The translations under genes and the position numbers were made by a program. Shown here in pieces: positions 28,301 to 43,300 of a stretch of DNA of 64,000 bases. Location: assembly GCA_002633005.1 (NCBI GenBank), contig NMRA01000057.1:659296-723295 (forward strand), in the 5' to 3' direction. The notes under the pieces were generated by a model. That model was not told the origin of the DNA. It searched no databases and saw only the letters and a program-made list of their open reading frames with translations. The stretch is from Phoronis australis (lineage: Eukaryota > Animalia > Phoronida). How positions within the stretch are numbered: the first letter of the stretch is position 1; each line of letters starts with the position of its first letter.

Positions 28301-31300
28301 AACATATGCCCATGGGGGTACTTTTGGGTGGGCTTATTTTTGAATATTCCCTGAGTGTACAAACCAAATTACTACAGAATGAAACTTTCTTAATGTTTCT
28401 TTTTGATACAAAATTTGACAAAATCAGATTTTACTTATCCGACGTATTGTGTGATAAATACATGGAGAACTATGAGACTTCTGACTTGTCGTTTGATCTG
28501 TGTTCTCATATTATGCGATGTGGCGTGAAAAGGCTAATTCTCATTATCATTTTTTAGTCTACATTTGAGTGGTTTAGTCTGTCATGTTCTCGTATCAATG
28601 TGTTGATAATAGTTTTGTATGAGCTCTACAGTACATCTAATAGCAGAACTCCGTTCTGACTTTAAACACTTGACAATGTGTGATATTTAGTAACTATATA
28701 GAAGTCTCACCGACATCCCAGTTAGTGAAGAGCATCTGGCTACCAGTCTTCTCCCACACCCAGTGGCCTTCTTTTTGTCTGTCATGGCCACCCAGCCAGA
28801 ACTGCTTGGTGGTGAGACCTTCAGTTAGCGCAATATGGTTGATCATTGCGCCAATGAACGCCTGTTCCTCACTGGTCTCTATGGTAGCTAGATGTGCACC
28901 GTACTGATGACATTGTTTCATTGCATCGTACCAGCCGAATTTGGCCGTAACCACTTTGTAGCAGGAGTCCTTGCTTGCAGTGAAGCCATATGGACACGTA
29001 TGCTTGATCTTTGTCTGCAAGTATGCGGTTAGTGATTGGATGGAATTCTGGTTCGTCATTGACTGCGTAGTCATCTGCTTCAAGTTGTTCTTCACCGTAG
29101 ACATGTCTGTTTGCAAAGTCTGCACGTACTTTTGAAGCTCTTTGTCTTGTGATATCATCTTAATGAGCAGTTCTTCCTTCAGTGTGCTGATTTTACTTTC
29201 GATGACGAGCTGAGACATTTTGATGGTTTTCAGCGTATCTAGAATCTCATCCGTCTTGCAGGGACACGTGTCATTTGCACCGAACCTCACACCCGTAGCC
29301 TGAACACTTAGGCATTGAATGAAGAGTAAGAAAGCAATGCTGATCCTACTAACCATTGTACACGGCTTTGTGTGTTGACTGGTGATGTTCGCCTCAAGTT
29401 CTGGAATATTTTTTTACGAATAAACCTTTAATTTATACTGTCTGAGGTTCAAATTAAATCTTTTGTTTACTTTCATTATCAACAAAGGTTAAACTTTTTC
29501 AGATTTTAATAAACATTATCTGGAATGAAGCTTGTAAAATGAATTGATTCCTCTGTTTCTGAGATACACACTAGGCTGTTACTAGTTGTAGGTCTTATTT
29601 AGTTTGGCCACACTTTCGTGCACCTGTAATTTGCTAGGAGTGCTTGGTGATTTATTTCCGAAATTGACATGTTCAACTCTGAACCTTGCAAACAAACAGA
29701 TTTAATGTTCATTAAAATTTACACCAGTGTCGACGAACAAAATGATTTGGAATTTCACTAGTGTCATTTTTTTCTCGAGTAAGCTGCAACAAAGTTAGCG
29801 TGCACTAGACCCTGGTGTTTGACGGAAGTCTAGCTGGAGTTTCGTTGCTGTAAATATACCATTGCTTTAAAAAGTTATAATTGTAAATTGTCCCTTGGCA
29901 TTTAGGTATTTTGCTATCTTTATCGGACCTTTATTTTTGATACTAAGGTTTTTTTTTCAGCAAGTCTAATGTAGAAGAGGCAACACTAGTTTGTCGCCAA
30001 AATCTCCATATACAAGGCCCTCAATCCTTAATTTTGGGACCGAATATCGGCCCAATACCCTTTGAAAAATATTGAGAAATCATGTGAATTCCCCTCACGA
30101 GACTCAAAAATTACCCTCAAATGATTGGAAAATTATAGTCGAGGTTTGAATCATTTGTAACCTACGCAGGTGACGATTTGAAAGAGCACAAAATGGTAGT
30201 TTTAGCTACTTGAGGCAAAGCTTATTAGGGCTTGGAACAGGGTGCGGGGTGCTGTTGATGGTGATCAGGAGGTAGAATTTTTCCCTCACACCCAAAAAAT
30301 TCCCTGCCCAGAAAGCAAAGGCATCTTTCCCCTCGGTTGAATGAGGACTCTAATATATTACCTGCAACATTACTCTTGCTTAGTGTTACAATTATATTGC
30401 AGTGTAGTTTTTTACATGGTGGCATATTTGAAGCAATATTTGAGAAGGGTCTTTAGCTTTGGTGTTTGCGATGCACCATTTGGACGTATTTGTGCATTCA
30501 TTGCTGTCTCTCCATGTACAATACATGCCAAAATAATCAAAAAAGAACTGGATGTTGTCGATTACAAGTGACTGCATGTTGAAATCCCTGACGTGGTGAC
30601 TGAGTGTATCTGAACTCTGACAGTTTATTAGAGTCTTGATGGGCAGCTGTCAGCCATGACAGAGAAGGAGAGTTTTTGGTGGGTTATTTTTGGTGCAATT
30701 TATGTAGAAAAAACATTGAAAACTATGAAAACTGGTTATTTTTGTATTATTAGGTTAATCTTTAAGTGTTGGATGCGGGTGTAGCTCATTTTTCTCTTAA
30801 ATGTGTCGAGAGTTTTGGTGCTTGATGTTTGTCTTCTGTAAAAGCATAGTACAAAGAAGTGTGACCATGTTGTGTTCTTTGTTGTCTCAGGAACAACGGA
30901 AGAATGAGGAGATTAAACGTCAGGCTGAGGAGAAGAGACAGGAAGCTGAGAGACAGCGGAAGGAAGCTGAGGAGAAACGCCTAGAGGAGATAAGGAAGAG
31001 ACAGGATGAGGAAAGTCTGGCCAGGCAGCGGCAACAGGTGAGAGTGGTGTGGGTTGAAGCAAGGGGGTGGAATCAAAGGGCAAAGAAAGGGTGAGGAGAA
31101 GAGTGGATGATAGTGACGTGTGGGGAGAGAGAAGGGGGAGGTGTAGTCATGGTAAATGAGAGTGGGGCTGGCAGTAGTGGAGTAGGTCTGGGTGATGAGA
31201 AAGGAGGGCTGGGACAGGGATGGTGGTTGGGGGTATAGTAGTGGTGGAGGAGGAAGAGAAAGCAGGGTGGGAAGTGGCCATAGATAACCCGAAAATAAAG

Positions 31301-34300
31301 TTAGTTGAGTAAGTGATGACAAGATGTGTAATCATGGCTGATTAGTGTTGGAGGTTGCAACAGGCCTTGGGAAATCTTTAGGTACTGGGGAAAGTGTGAG
31401 AAAAGAAGAGGTTGAGGATTGGGGGGAGATAGAGGGATGGGAAAGAAGGTTTGAGATGGAGTGGTGCGAAGATAACTGGACAGTAGACTTCTAATTATGG
31501 AGTGTTAGCATTCAGTCTTACAAGAATCCTTTTACGAAATCATTTCAGGAGGCCCAGAGGCAGAAGTCGCCACCCATTCCCACAATGAGGAGTAAGACTG
31601 TAGCACCAACCGTAAGTTAACATATGAAGCATAGATGCTCACGTAGTACTAAAAAACTGATGCATTAAGTGATGAGACTCTTGCATGAAATCCTGGTGGT
31701 TGAAACCCAGTGTGTAAAGTTGATGTTAGTTTTCACACTTATGCGTTATATATGGAGATTAATTAATGGAGACTTGTTTATTATTATTTTGTTTCTTGCT
31801 GAATGAATTGCATGTTAACTGAGCACTTGTTGATTGATTGATAGGAGGCGAGAACGGACTCTCCCCCAGTACCTGCTGCTAGAAGTAAAACTGAACCTGA
31901 CTCTGTCAGTGTGAGTATTCGGATGTTATCACAAATGTTTTCAGAAGCCATGCATAGTATGCTCACTACACGAAGTTTGTAAAATGCAGATCATCTGCAA
32001 CTCTTGGCTCTTAAATCTCGATGTTGGAATGTGTATGGAACTGTAGTCATATTCTCATTATGAACTCCAGCACATTATAACTTCATGGGAAGTTGTGGTT
32101 TGTAAGTGCATCTTTGGGCTACTCGTGTTCATCTTCAATATTCAATTATTAAAAAATGGTCATCAGTCAATGAAATATTTCACTCTGTTTTGTTTAAAAT
32201 TAAGTTTTTCCCTTTAATAACCCTAATGTATTGTAATCATTCAGCGACCAGCTAGCAAACAGGTAAACTTGTAGTGTAAACCAGCACCAGTGTCGAGTGA
32301 ATTGATTTAATAGTTATTACAATTATTTTGTCTTATTTCTTGCATTAATTGTAGATTGTTCTTAAACAGAGTGCGAGTTTTTGTTATGGTTTTGTGTGCA
32401 CTATTGACCAGCAGTGAGGTACACATAGTGCAATCCATGTAAACCTCGATTAAATTACTTTTTGCAAACATTTTAAGTCTGATCAACACGCCACCTGTCG
32501 CTACATCACGTGACCTGATGAGATTTCTGCCCCAACGAGGACTCAAACCCGTGACCTTATGCTCACTGTGCACTGAGCCATTGGGACCACTGGTTGGATG
32601 CAGTTGTCCCATCAGACTTGGGCATTTTGAACTCCTGAGTCTATAGACTTGAACGGTCGTGGAAATGTATATTGCAAACATTTTAAGCCTGGTCTGCACA
32701 CCACATTGTTTTACTTTTAAGTCCTAATCTGTCTTTCTGTTTTTTGTAACATCATGATGTGTGGTATTATTGATTTGTTCTTAGAAAAAACATTCACTGA
32801 ATTCAAACGTGTTTGCCAGCGATACAGAAATGGTTCGTGGTATGCAGTTTGTTGTCGTTCACTTTCAAATTGAGAATCATTTTTTTAATTATCATTAAAT
32901 ACCAGTAAAATCTTACCAATTTCAGACAATGCTAATTGCCATAGTAACACTTTTTTCATTTTTCAAGGGCTTCAAACATTGTTGCGAATGCCCACAATTT
33001 TTCAATATATTGTCTGTTGGTAGCCGTGGTGCAGAACTTGAATATCACAAAGCATCATAATTTGGCACTATGTATCATTTATGAAAATGGAAGAAACAAA
33101 AATTTGACCTGTCTGCCCTAGTGTGTCCAAAATTGGTGAGAGTTTACTTTACTAATATAAGATAGTGCCTGTTGGTTTGTATTGAAAGGTTCTCATGTTC
33201 TTTTGTGTTATTTTGTCTCAAGATCTCCGTTATGGCAAACGTAGAGTTGTTAAAAAAATAATCGTGGCTAATCCCATGTGCTGGACTTAAAAAACAGGGA
33301 TGTGTGCTGCAGACCCTAGACACTTTCGGGTGGAATTTCCGCTAACGGAGTGGAACCATTGAATTCTCTTTGATAATTCAACATTCCAAACTCAGTGATG
33401 GACCACTTCACTGGGCGTCATTTTGCTAGGGAAATGCCATGCTGTTATAAGCTCCCAATCCTACTCGCAAAACGTCCACCTTCCACTTGCGTGATTTGGC
33501 ATTGTCTTGCGTGTTCTTGCTTTTAGGCGATTTTTTAGGATCTTCAGATTTCATCTCTCTGGTTAATGGATTATGTTTTGTAATTGCCACACATCAGTCA
33601 CAGTGGTTTGTTGCTAGTTACATTTTTCATAATTATACTTATATAACAGTTGACTGAACATCATGTGAATGTTGAAACGTATAAAAGTCTAATTTGCAAC
33701 TGCTAACACCCTTAACTCAAATTCTTCTGTGGCGTTGTAGTTGTGATAAAAGAAGTTAGTAATCAACTGACTATATACTTAAACGTCTTGCTAATGCTGT
33801 CCCCTTTATCTCCAGCTCCGCGGTAGGACATCCCCTCCTGTGCCCGCTGTCAATAGCCAGTCAAAGTCTGACTATCGTGCCAATAGTGCAGATGTACTTA
33901 ATCAGCTGGCAAGAATGAGGCAGCAGTTGCAGAGTGAGAGGTTAAGGGTCGAGAGTGCTCTTCGCAAGAAGAAGGTAATTTGTTGGTTAAGACTGTCTTT
34001 TGTAGGGGTTATGCAAGCCAAATTAGATTGTTTTGCTGTCTCTTTGGGGTATCCACAATGGCAACTTGTTCAAGTGAACCAAAGTGGGTCCAATATACAC
34101 AACGTATGTCACTCCACCCTATCATATGATTGTAACTTGGACAAAATGTCCAAATAGCATCATAATTTTCCTTTAAGTTTAACCTTTCTGAAACTTGAGT
34201 TGTCAAGTCAGGATGACTTGTTGTGGGTGTTGTTGCACTTCACTGACTTGGTCAATTAAGTGATGTAGAACTGGAGACTTATGCACTTCACTGACTTGGT

Positions 34301-37300
34301 CATTAATTTGATGTAGAACTGGAGACTGGTGCAAGAAACTGACTTAAGCTCAATTTTGACTTATTAAGCCTAAGATTTGTCTCAGCTTCCAAACATTGAA
34401 CCCTCCACATCCAGTCAAATAGTCAAAATTAAGACAAAACTTGTCAAAAACTCATGTCAAGCTTAAGCTCTCTTCCCTGAAACGGACATGAGACAAATTT
34501 AAGCTTTATCTTAAAACTGACTGAAATTTAAGATTTGTCCTCGCCATTTCTGGGAACTGCCCCAACGCCTTTTTATTGAGTAATAACTGGCTCTAGCTTC
34601 GTAACCATAAAATCTCTGCTGTATTATTTGAGGTAAAGTTTTGTGTGAACTCATCTGTTAGTTCATAAACATAATGTCTGTGGTCACTGAAACTAGAGCT
34701 GTTACTTTGATAAGAATGACGATTACCCAGAATACATGTTTGATTCACACAGTTTGAAGAATTCCAAATTCACTGTTTACATTATGTAGTGCACATCAAC
34801 ATAAGGTTGCCAGAGAATCGCATTAAGAGAAATCCTACATCAAAGCAACCTGAAATTTGGAATAACACAATTTCTTGTATCGCTGTTATTTTTTGTTTGT
34901 ATTCCATTATGCATATTGTAGCATTGTAAGTATGTTTTTAGCACATCAGTTTTCATGTCGAAACAGTGAAAGCAATCTTTTCAAACAATGTCACAAAGCA
35001 TAGCACCTCGCAAAAACTTTTGTCAAACTATCCTGTCCTGATTTCCTATTATTTTTGGAAATAAGTGAAGGAATGAATTATCTGCCAGTATTGGATAATA
35101 CTTTAATAAGTGTTGTGTGCTAGGTAATTTCTGAACACCTTTAGTATACAGTCTGTGGCTAATCATGTCGGTCTTTTTTATCTTATAGGATGATGTGGAG
35201 GTCTATGACCCCCGCCTCAGCAAAGCGTAAGTATAGGGCTCGTTCTATCCTCTTGTTGTCAACCTGCTTCAAATATTTTCAGCAACTTGTAGCTAAAACT
35301 ACTAAAAATTAATTGACAGCAAGTTGCGTGATGTTTTTTGTGAATATTTAGCAGCATTTGATTGGTTGTTAAATTGTCTGTGGATAAAGCTGCATACTTT
35401 GCTGAAACATTTAGAGGAACATTGTGGCAGTCTGTGACACATGGCAGCCCTCGGGTGCATTTATTAAAATATTCATTTTTAAAATCAAGAAGCTTAATTC
35501 TTGTGGTAATGTCAAAAATATCACTTTGACCAGTGAATACTCTTGAAAAGAAACAAACTTTTGAAAGTTGATTTGACCCCTTATATAATTATTTCTCATT
35601 ATTTCAAAATATCCATTAGAAAGGAATCAAATATTTTTTATCATAGACCCTTTCTGCATGCTGGCCTAGTTGCCTAGAGCTTTCTATCCATTAAGTTTGA
35701 TAATAGAGCCACAATGTTTAACAAAAAGAAGAATTTGTCCAGCTGTGACTACTGCTGATGTGGTGCTAACGATGATTGTCATTACAGGCCTATCATTCAG
35801 GCACCCATTATTGGTTCTACCCGGCCTGAGAGGGTGAATTCTCACAATGCAGCAGAGTTTAACAAGCTCAAGCACAGAGGTATGCCTTGAAACTGAGATA
35901 TTGTTTAACCAGCCTGAAGGTTCAGCTGTAATACTGTTATTACAGGGTAATTATATGTTCAAGGCATTGATTGGCTCTCTTGGTTATTACTGGTTTTCCA
36001 TGTTGTGTAAATATTAAAAGTGAAAAAGAGGACCAGTGGCTACCCGTTTCAGTACACAAGCACCCATCCACCAAAGTATGAATTGAAGGATATATTGATT
36101 GTGTGGGTTACATGGTTATTAATTTTGATAACAGTTGCTCATTAACTTTAGGACAATGGCATTATCCTTAGTACAGAAGGTTATATGTTGGAAACAATAG
36201 GGATGTAAATAATTATGTAAGGAAGCATTGTCCCAGGACTACTGAGCAAAGTGCAGAGGAATTAGCTTGCTGGGTCAAATTTACTGACTACAGATGCAGC
36301 AAGTGATTCTGTAGTCAGTTATTTTATTAGTGCACAGGGACTGAGTAATGTTATAGCTGACAACAGATGTAGCAAGTGAATCATTCTAAAGTCTTTTAAT
36401 ATTTGAGTTTACTTAGTACTTCAGCAGCAGACTTAAAACTGTTAGCTGAGCACTCGTAAGTCACTTACTGGGAAACTTATTTGACACTACTCAGTCTGTA
36501 GTGTTCATAAAATTTTGACTATTTCAATTTCAGTTGTTACCTATCTGGGTTTGTCAAAGTTATAGTGAAAACTCAGAAGGCACGCAGATGAAAAATAACA
36601 CTAAAAATTGGTTACCTGAAAGTTTTTTAAAGTTTTTGTTAATTTTCAACTTGTTTAAAAACTGGCAACAAACTCCATAACAAAACCTTCAGAGTGAGCT
36701 CAGAAACAACAGAATAAGTGTGAACCCTATGTGTTGTGTCAAATTGTGTCAAATTAAAAAAAAATGTTAGTAATCAAAAGATGTTTTTTGCATTGTTGCA
36801 TTGTCTATTCATAGCATTTCTTCTAGTAAGGTATTGATTTGTCGTACAGGTCACTGCTCACATAACGTCATCATATTCTGTTGCAACAGGTTCACCATCA
36901 AGACAAGAATTCCGCAGCATGTATCCGGAATCCCCGTCGACCAACTCACAGCTGGAGAGACAGCAGAGGGCACTGCTCAAGCAACAGCAAGATAACCTGT
37001 TTAGCTTGCAACAAGGAAGTAGGTCTTGTTGCTTGTAGTTCCCAGCATGCTTTGCATTGTGGGCTAGACTTTGTTCCAAGTGTGCTGTATTGGGTTTGAG
37101 GTCTGGGCTGTTTGCACAACAATCCTTTAATTCCACAGGTCTGGGGCATGTTTCTTGAACAATGACTTGAGACTTAAATCACAAATTTGGTCTTACACAG
37201 CACATAACTCTTCTAAATAATGATTAAAATAATCTTACTTGAGCAAAAGTATAGTCTCTAAGAATCTGAGATAATTTGCATGAACTATCTAGACGTATTA

Positions 37301-40300
37301 TTACTTTGGCTAAACTTTTATTCAGCAGTTTAGGAGTTTGAACGTCAGATCAAATTTCTGGCTTAAGTCTCAACTCTCTGTTCATCAAACAGACTCCTGA
37401 TGCAGATCATGTAGTTTGAAGGTCAAAGTCGCTACAAACCGATCTATTGATAGTTATATATAATTTTTTTTTCTGAATGATTTACACCAGGTTGTAAAAC
37501 TGGTCTCAAACTGTTCCTTAAGTTGGTCAAAGATTTCTTGGCTGACAGTTTATTTATTTCTTAAAATCAAGCTTGACCAACTTTATTATTCTATGTGCAG
37601 AGCTTGATGTCAAGTATTTGCAAACTGTCAGTTGTTTGTGAGCCTAGAAGTCATTTCTTATTTGATGAAGGAACGAGTTATGGCCAGCAATGACAAGTGG
37701 CCAAAATTAAAAGTTCATTTTTACAGCAGGTCATCTTATATCAGTTTTAAATACATTTGGAGCCTGTTTGACAAAACATAAAATACTCTGAGTTACCTTA
37801 ATTGTGATTATGTCATCCCAACTATCAACAGTACAAACTGGAACTATTCAGACAAACTAAATTGAAAGTCACCGTCATGACGGCTATGTGGAAGCCAACT
37901 TCATCGTCATACCAATCCTTTATCATGACTGAGAACAGGAAAGTTGGTTTAAGTGGCTAAGCCGATATGTAATTAGAATTTTACTGACCTAATAGTTAAT
38001 AACAGCAATTTTTGGCTGTTTAGTGGTCATGAGTGGAAAACATTATTTTGTCTGATTACTTTTGTCTTGTGATGTAGTTGGGTAAGAGTATTTGGCATTG
38101 GCTCTTCTTTGAAGCATTACAACTTTGGACTACAAACATTTGGTGTATCATAGACCATGCAATTTGTAGATCACAGGCCTACTCTTTTAGGGACTATTCG
38201 ACTACCGGCCCTTCAGACTATTTAGCGCCCCTCTGTTTTCATATAATAGAAGTGTGTAACGCTTGATGTGAATATTGTGCATTAGAGGGGGCTGCACTTC
38301 ACCTGAAGTTATAATTGTAGATGTCAATACTACCCATAATGGGTGTGCACTCCAAATGCACAGCATGTGTAATATTACTGGCATTACAGTACAGTACAGT
38401 TCACTTATTTTGTGGATGTGCAGAGGATTGCAAGGGCATTGTGGCATTCGGAGCTATGAGTCTTGAGTAGGACAGTAGTATAGCTGTCTGTATCAACTGA
38501 AAGATTGTGTTGTGGTTATTGAAGAATGCTAGCATACCTGGCATGTGCCTGTTGATTTAGTTACTTGAGTCAAGGATCACTATACTTCATATCGGGCAAC
38601 AGGAATCCTTATCAAGCGGATGATGAATAATCACCAGTCTGATATTGGTCTGATCATAGCATCATTGATCGTTTGTAATTGCCCAGTGAAAAGAAATCGT
38701 ATAATTTACCACATTTGATGAAAAATTCTGCCCAAAAAAATTATATCAACTGTAAATATGAATTTTTATCATGTCATACCATTCATATGAATTCATAGAT
38801 GGTCGATATGTTTTTATATTATAAGCTTTTGTGACAATTATTTATCAACCAAAATGTGTATTGTAATGGTCTCTTAAGAGGGGGTAGGAAAGGCTCTGAT
38901 TTCGGACAGTTGCGTACAGATGCCAAGATGGTGTATGATCTGCATCACAGGGCCAGCTGCGTGCCCTCTTGTACCCCCCCTGCCCCCCTGCTATCATTCA
39001 GGCACCACACTTTATTTGTGAACTGTACTCTGTAAANGCTTGTAGTTCCCAGCATGCTTTGCATTGTGGGCTAGACTTTGTTCCAAGTGTGCTGTATTGG
39101 GTTTGAGGTTTGGGCTGTTTGCACAAGAATCCTTTAATTCCACAGGTCTGGGGCATGTTTCTTGAACAATGACTTGAGACTTAAATCACAAATTTGGTCT
39201 TACACTGCACATAACTCTTCTAAATAATGATTAAAATAATCTTACTTGAGCAAAAGTACAGTCTCTGAGAATCTGAGATAATTTGCATGAACTATCTAGA
39301 CGTATTATTTCTTTGGCTGAACCTTTATTCAGAAGTTTAGAAGTGTGAGCGTCAGATCAAATTTCTGGCTTAAGTCTCAACTCTCTGTTCATCAAACAGA
39401 CTCCTGATACAGGTCATGTAGTTTGAAGGTCAAAGTCGCTACAAAGCGATCTAATGTTAGTAATAAAATTTTTTTTTCTGAATGATTTACACCTGGTTGT
39501 AAAACTGGTCTCAAACTGTTCCTTAAGTTGGTGGATTGAATTTTAAGTCAAAGATTTCTTGGCTGAAAGTTTATTTATTTCTTAAAATCAAGCTTGACCA
39601 ACTTTATTATTCTATGTGCAGAGCATGGTGTCAAGTATTAGCAAACTGTCAGTTGTTTGTGAGCCTAGAAGTCATTTCTTATTTGATGAAGGAACGAGTT
39701 ATGGCCAGCATTGACAAGTGGCCAAAATTAAAAGTTCATTTTTACAGCAGGTCATGTTATATCAGTTTTAAATACATTTGGAGCCTGTTTGACAAAACAT
39801 AAACTACTCTGGGTTACTTTAATTGTGATTATGTCATCCCAACTATCAACAGTACAAACTGTAACTATTCAGACAAACTAAATTGAAAGTCACCGTCATG
39901 ACGGCTATGTGGAAGCCAACTTCATCGTCATACCAATCCTTTATCATGACTGAGAAGAGGAAAGTTAGTTTAAGTGGCGAAGCCGATATGTAATTAGAAT
40001 TTTACTGACCTAATAGTTAATAACAGCAATTTTTGGCTGTTTAGCGGTCATGAGTGGAAAACATTATTTTGTCTGATTACTTTTGTCTTGTGATGTAGTT
40101 GGGTAAGAATATTTGGCATTGGCTCTTCTTTGAAGCATTACAACTTTGGACTATAAACATTTGGTGTATCATAGACCATGCAATTTTTAGATCACAGGCC
40201 TACTGGTTTAATAGGGACTATTGGACTACCGGACCTTCAGACTATTTAGCGCCCCTCTGTTTTCATATAATAGAAGTGTGTAACGCTTGATGTGAATATT

Positions 40301-43300
40301 GTGCATTAGAGGGGGCTGCACTTCACCTGAAGTTATAATTGTAGATGTCAGTACTACCCATAATGGATATGCACTCAATATGCACAGCATGTGTAGTTCT
40401 ACTGGCATTACAGTACAGTACCGTACAGTACAGTACAGTACAGTACAGTACATTACAGTACAGTACAGTACAGTACAGTACAGTACAGTACCGTACAGTA
40501 CAGTACAGTACAGTACAGTACAGTACAGTACAGTACATTACAGTACATTTCACTTATTTTGTGGATGTGCAGAGGATTGCAAGGGCATTATGGCATTTGG
40601 AGCTGTGAATCTTGAGTAGGACAGTTAGTACAGCTGTCTGTATCAACTGAAAGATTGTGTTGTGGTTATTGAAGAATGCTAGCATACCTGGCATGTGCCT
40701 GTTGATTTAGTTACTTGAGTCAAGGATCACTATGCTTGGTATCAGGTGACAGGAATCCTTATGAAGCGGATGATTAATTATCACCAGTCTGATATCGGTC
40801 TGATCATAGCATCGTTGATCGTTTGTAAATGCCCAGTGAAAAGAAATCGTATAATTTATCACATTTGATGAAAAATTCTGCCCAAAAAATTATATCAACT
40901 GTAAATATGAATTTTTATCATGTCATACCATTCATAGATGGTCGATATGATTTTATATTATAAGCTTTTGTGACAATTAATTATCAACCAAAATGTGTAT
41001 CGTAATGGTCTCTTAAGAGTGGGTAGGAAAGGCTCTGATTTCGGACATTTGCGTACAGATGCCAAGATAGTGTATGATCTGCATCACAGGGCCAGCTGCG
41101 TGCCCTCTTGTACCTCCCCTGCCCCCCTGCTATCATTCAGGCACCACACTTTATTTGTGAACTGTACTCTGTAAAGTAATTAATTTTTGAAAAAAATGAC
41201 CATTCTTCTCGCTGACAATTTGTAGAAATTTCGAAGGTATTTTCTGGTTTGTTTTCAAACACAATGATTCATTGTCATGTAGTTGTTTTTCATCTTGTTG
41301 TCTGTAACTTAGACAAAGCCATACATATTTTGACGAAAATCGTCTCAAGTTTTTTGATATTTGGTATTCTTTAGTTTACTTACCAGTTGAACTATCGTTA
41401 CCACTTTGTCATTGTTACCCACTGTCTAAAGACATTCATCTTATCTGCCATGATTATGCTTTAAGAATCCTACCCATACCAATTGTTTTTGGCATTTCAA
41501 TATTTATTGAAAAGCCAATGATTTGGTTGAGGAGTAATGGTTCACCACAAGGTAATTATCAGGTGTTGTAACATCAAGCAATTGTTTGAACACAAATTTA
41601 TTTGCAATGGGCTGGTGTAATTTTTATCAAGACCACACGGGCGTTTGCATCATCCTGCTTATTGTACTTACCGCTAGTCTCCTTAACAATGACCCCTGAC
41701 CTCTGTGTCACCTAGGTGATGACCCCATTGATGGACGAACCAGTCCCTCCTCCAGGTTGCAGGCTGAAACAGCTTATATAGGTTGGTAGTGGCATTACAC
41801 TTACTGTTGTGTTCACATTGATCTTTGCACACCAACTGTGTTTGTGTTTGTTATGTTGTACATGTCTCGTCAACTGTTTTGTTGAAGCCACAGAATCTCC
41901 TCAAAAGGCATGTGCTTCATGCGTGCATTTTGCATCTTGAGAGAATTGTAGGGAATGATGACTACCCATCTATTCTCAGTTTTGCTTTTGGGATGTAAAA
42001 TGTACGCTGCTCATGACTTTGAATGTGCAGACATGTGATGAGATCAAAAAAAATTTTTCTACTTTTTGATTTTAATTCTGTTAAATGTGTCAAAGTTCAA
42101 GGCAGACGAATTCAAAGTTTTACGAGCCTTTAACTGTGAATTGCCATTTTCATCATGCCATATCTCAGTTGAAGTATTTCTAAGATCTGCAATGTGTGTG
42201 AATGTTGTTTTTTTGAAGTCTAGAATGTCTGTTGGTCTGTTGCCCTGTGATACCTTTTACCACAAGGTCACATGCACATTTTGTTGGTATGCCGACTGCT
42301 TCACCCTCGTGGTTGACCTTATAGGACTCAACAAAGACCCCAGCGCCGCCATGTTTGACGCTAACCAAAACCTCGCACGCACTAAGTCATTGTTAAATTC
42401 AAAATCCACGTTTGTAGGTTAGTCCTAGCCATAGTTACGGGTGATCCTTAAGTAGCACAATCTAGAGTAGAAACTAACAATTTTGCCTCTAATCACAGCC
42501 CAGACATCTTTGGCTCGGAGAGTTTCACCTCAGAGGCCACTAATCTTGCTGGTACATTATTGCCTCACCAGGTGGCGTGACTTTTATAGTACAGATGTAG
42601 TATATTGTGTTCCCAGTGCCCCTCGTTATTGTCGTAGCCTGTGACTAAGTCCAGGTGCATTTTGATGAAATCAAAACAGCTGTGATGCTTTGGCTGTGAT
42701 TAGGAATAAAAACTTTAATTTTTGTGGACTGCATCATCATGACAATCACACTCTGAAACTGTTCATATTGTATTTTTCTCTGAAGCTTTGTTAATAATAT
42801 CTAATGCCCCTGTCGATAATAATCAGTATCCCCAAACTAATGCATCTTACACTTCTTGCAAAGCTCCTGTTTATTTTATTTTCAATCTCTGAGCCATTTT
42901 TATTATGTGCCCACATATTTATATGTGGACGCATTATACCGTCATCTCCGTCCATCCATCCTGCATCCGCTGCTCTGTCTCCAAAACGCCTTGACGTATG
43001 TTCATGAAATTTTGCACGTGTTCCTTCCATGAATGGGATGGCATGATCGAACTTTCGGACGGATCCGACTACCGGTGTGCTCCTAGTGGCAATTTTAGTT
43101 TTTTCCGTTTACCTCTGGATCTTCAAAAGTCCTAAACGGATTTTCATAAAATGTGGTATATAGGCACTTATTAGGGAGATGATGCTGTCCTGCCGTTTTG
43201 GGATGGGTTCAATGTAGTTTGCGCCACCTGGTGGCCATTTTTACTGTTTTCGAGTCTGTTTTTTTGCGTCCACCCCTCTATCAACAAAACCGCTTAAAGG

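Larger units (their letters stand above)
37031..41175. repeat. 2-kb direct duplication (37031-39036 / 39038-41175) joined by a single N; probable uncollapsed haplotypes
   Basis: Both copies start gcttgtagttcccagcatgc and end actgtactctgtaaa; N at 39037; scattered SNPs and indels. Confidence 0.9.

Noticed and set aside
28694-28710. Single-exon end of the lectin ORF (GETSI-stop)
   Set aside because: Read-through into the intron; the CRD is completed by exon 27660-27548.
32500-32592. Possible tRNA gene
   Set aside because: Only degenerate A/B-box-like motifs and no cloverleaf; at best a SINE relic.
40226-40619. ORFs with VQYST / YCTVL repeats
   Set aside because: Translations of the (CAGTA)n microsatellite.
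41716-41755. Shorter version of this CSPP1 exon ending at CCAG|gttgca
   Set aside because: Gives phase 2, incompatible with downstream phase-1 exons; the 41781 donor keeps frame and adds the conserved LQAETAYI motif.
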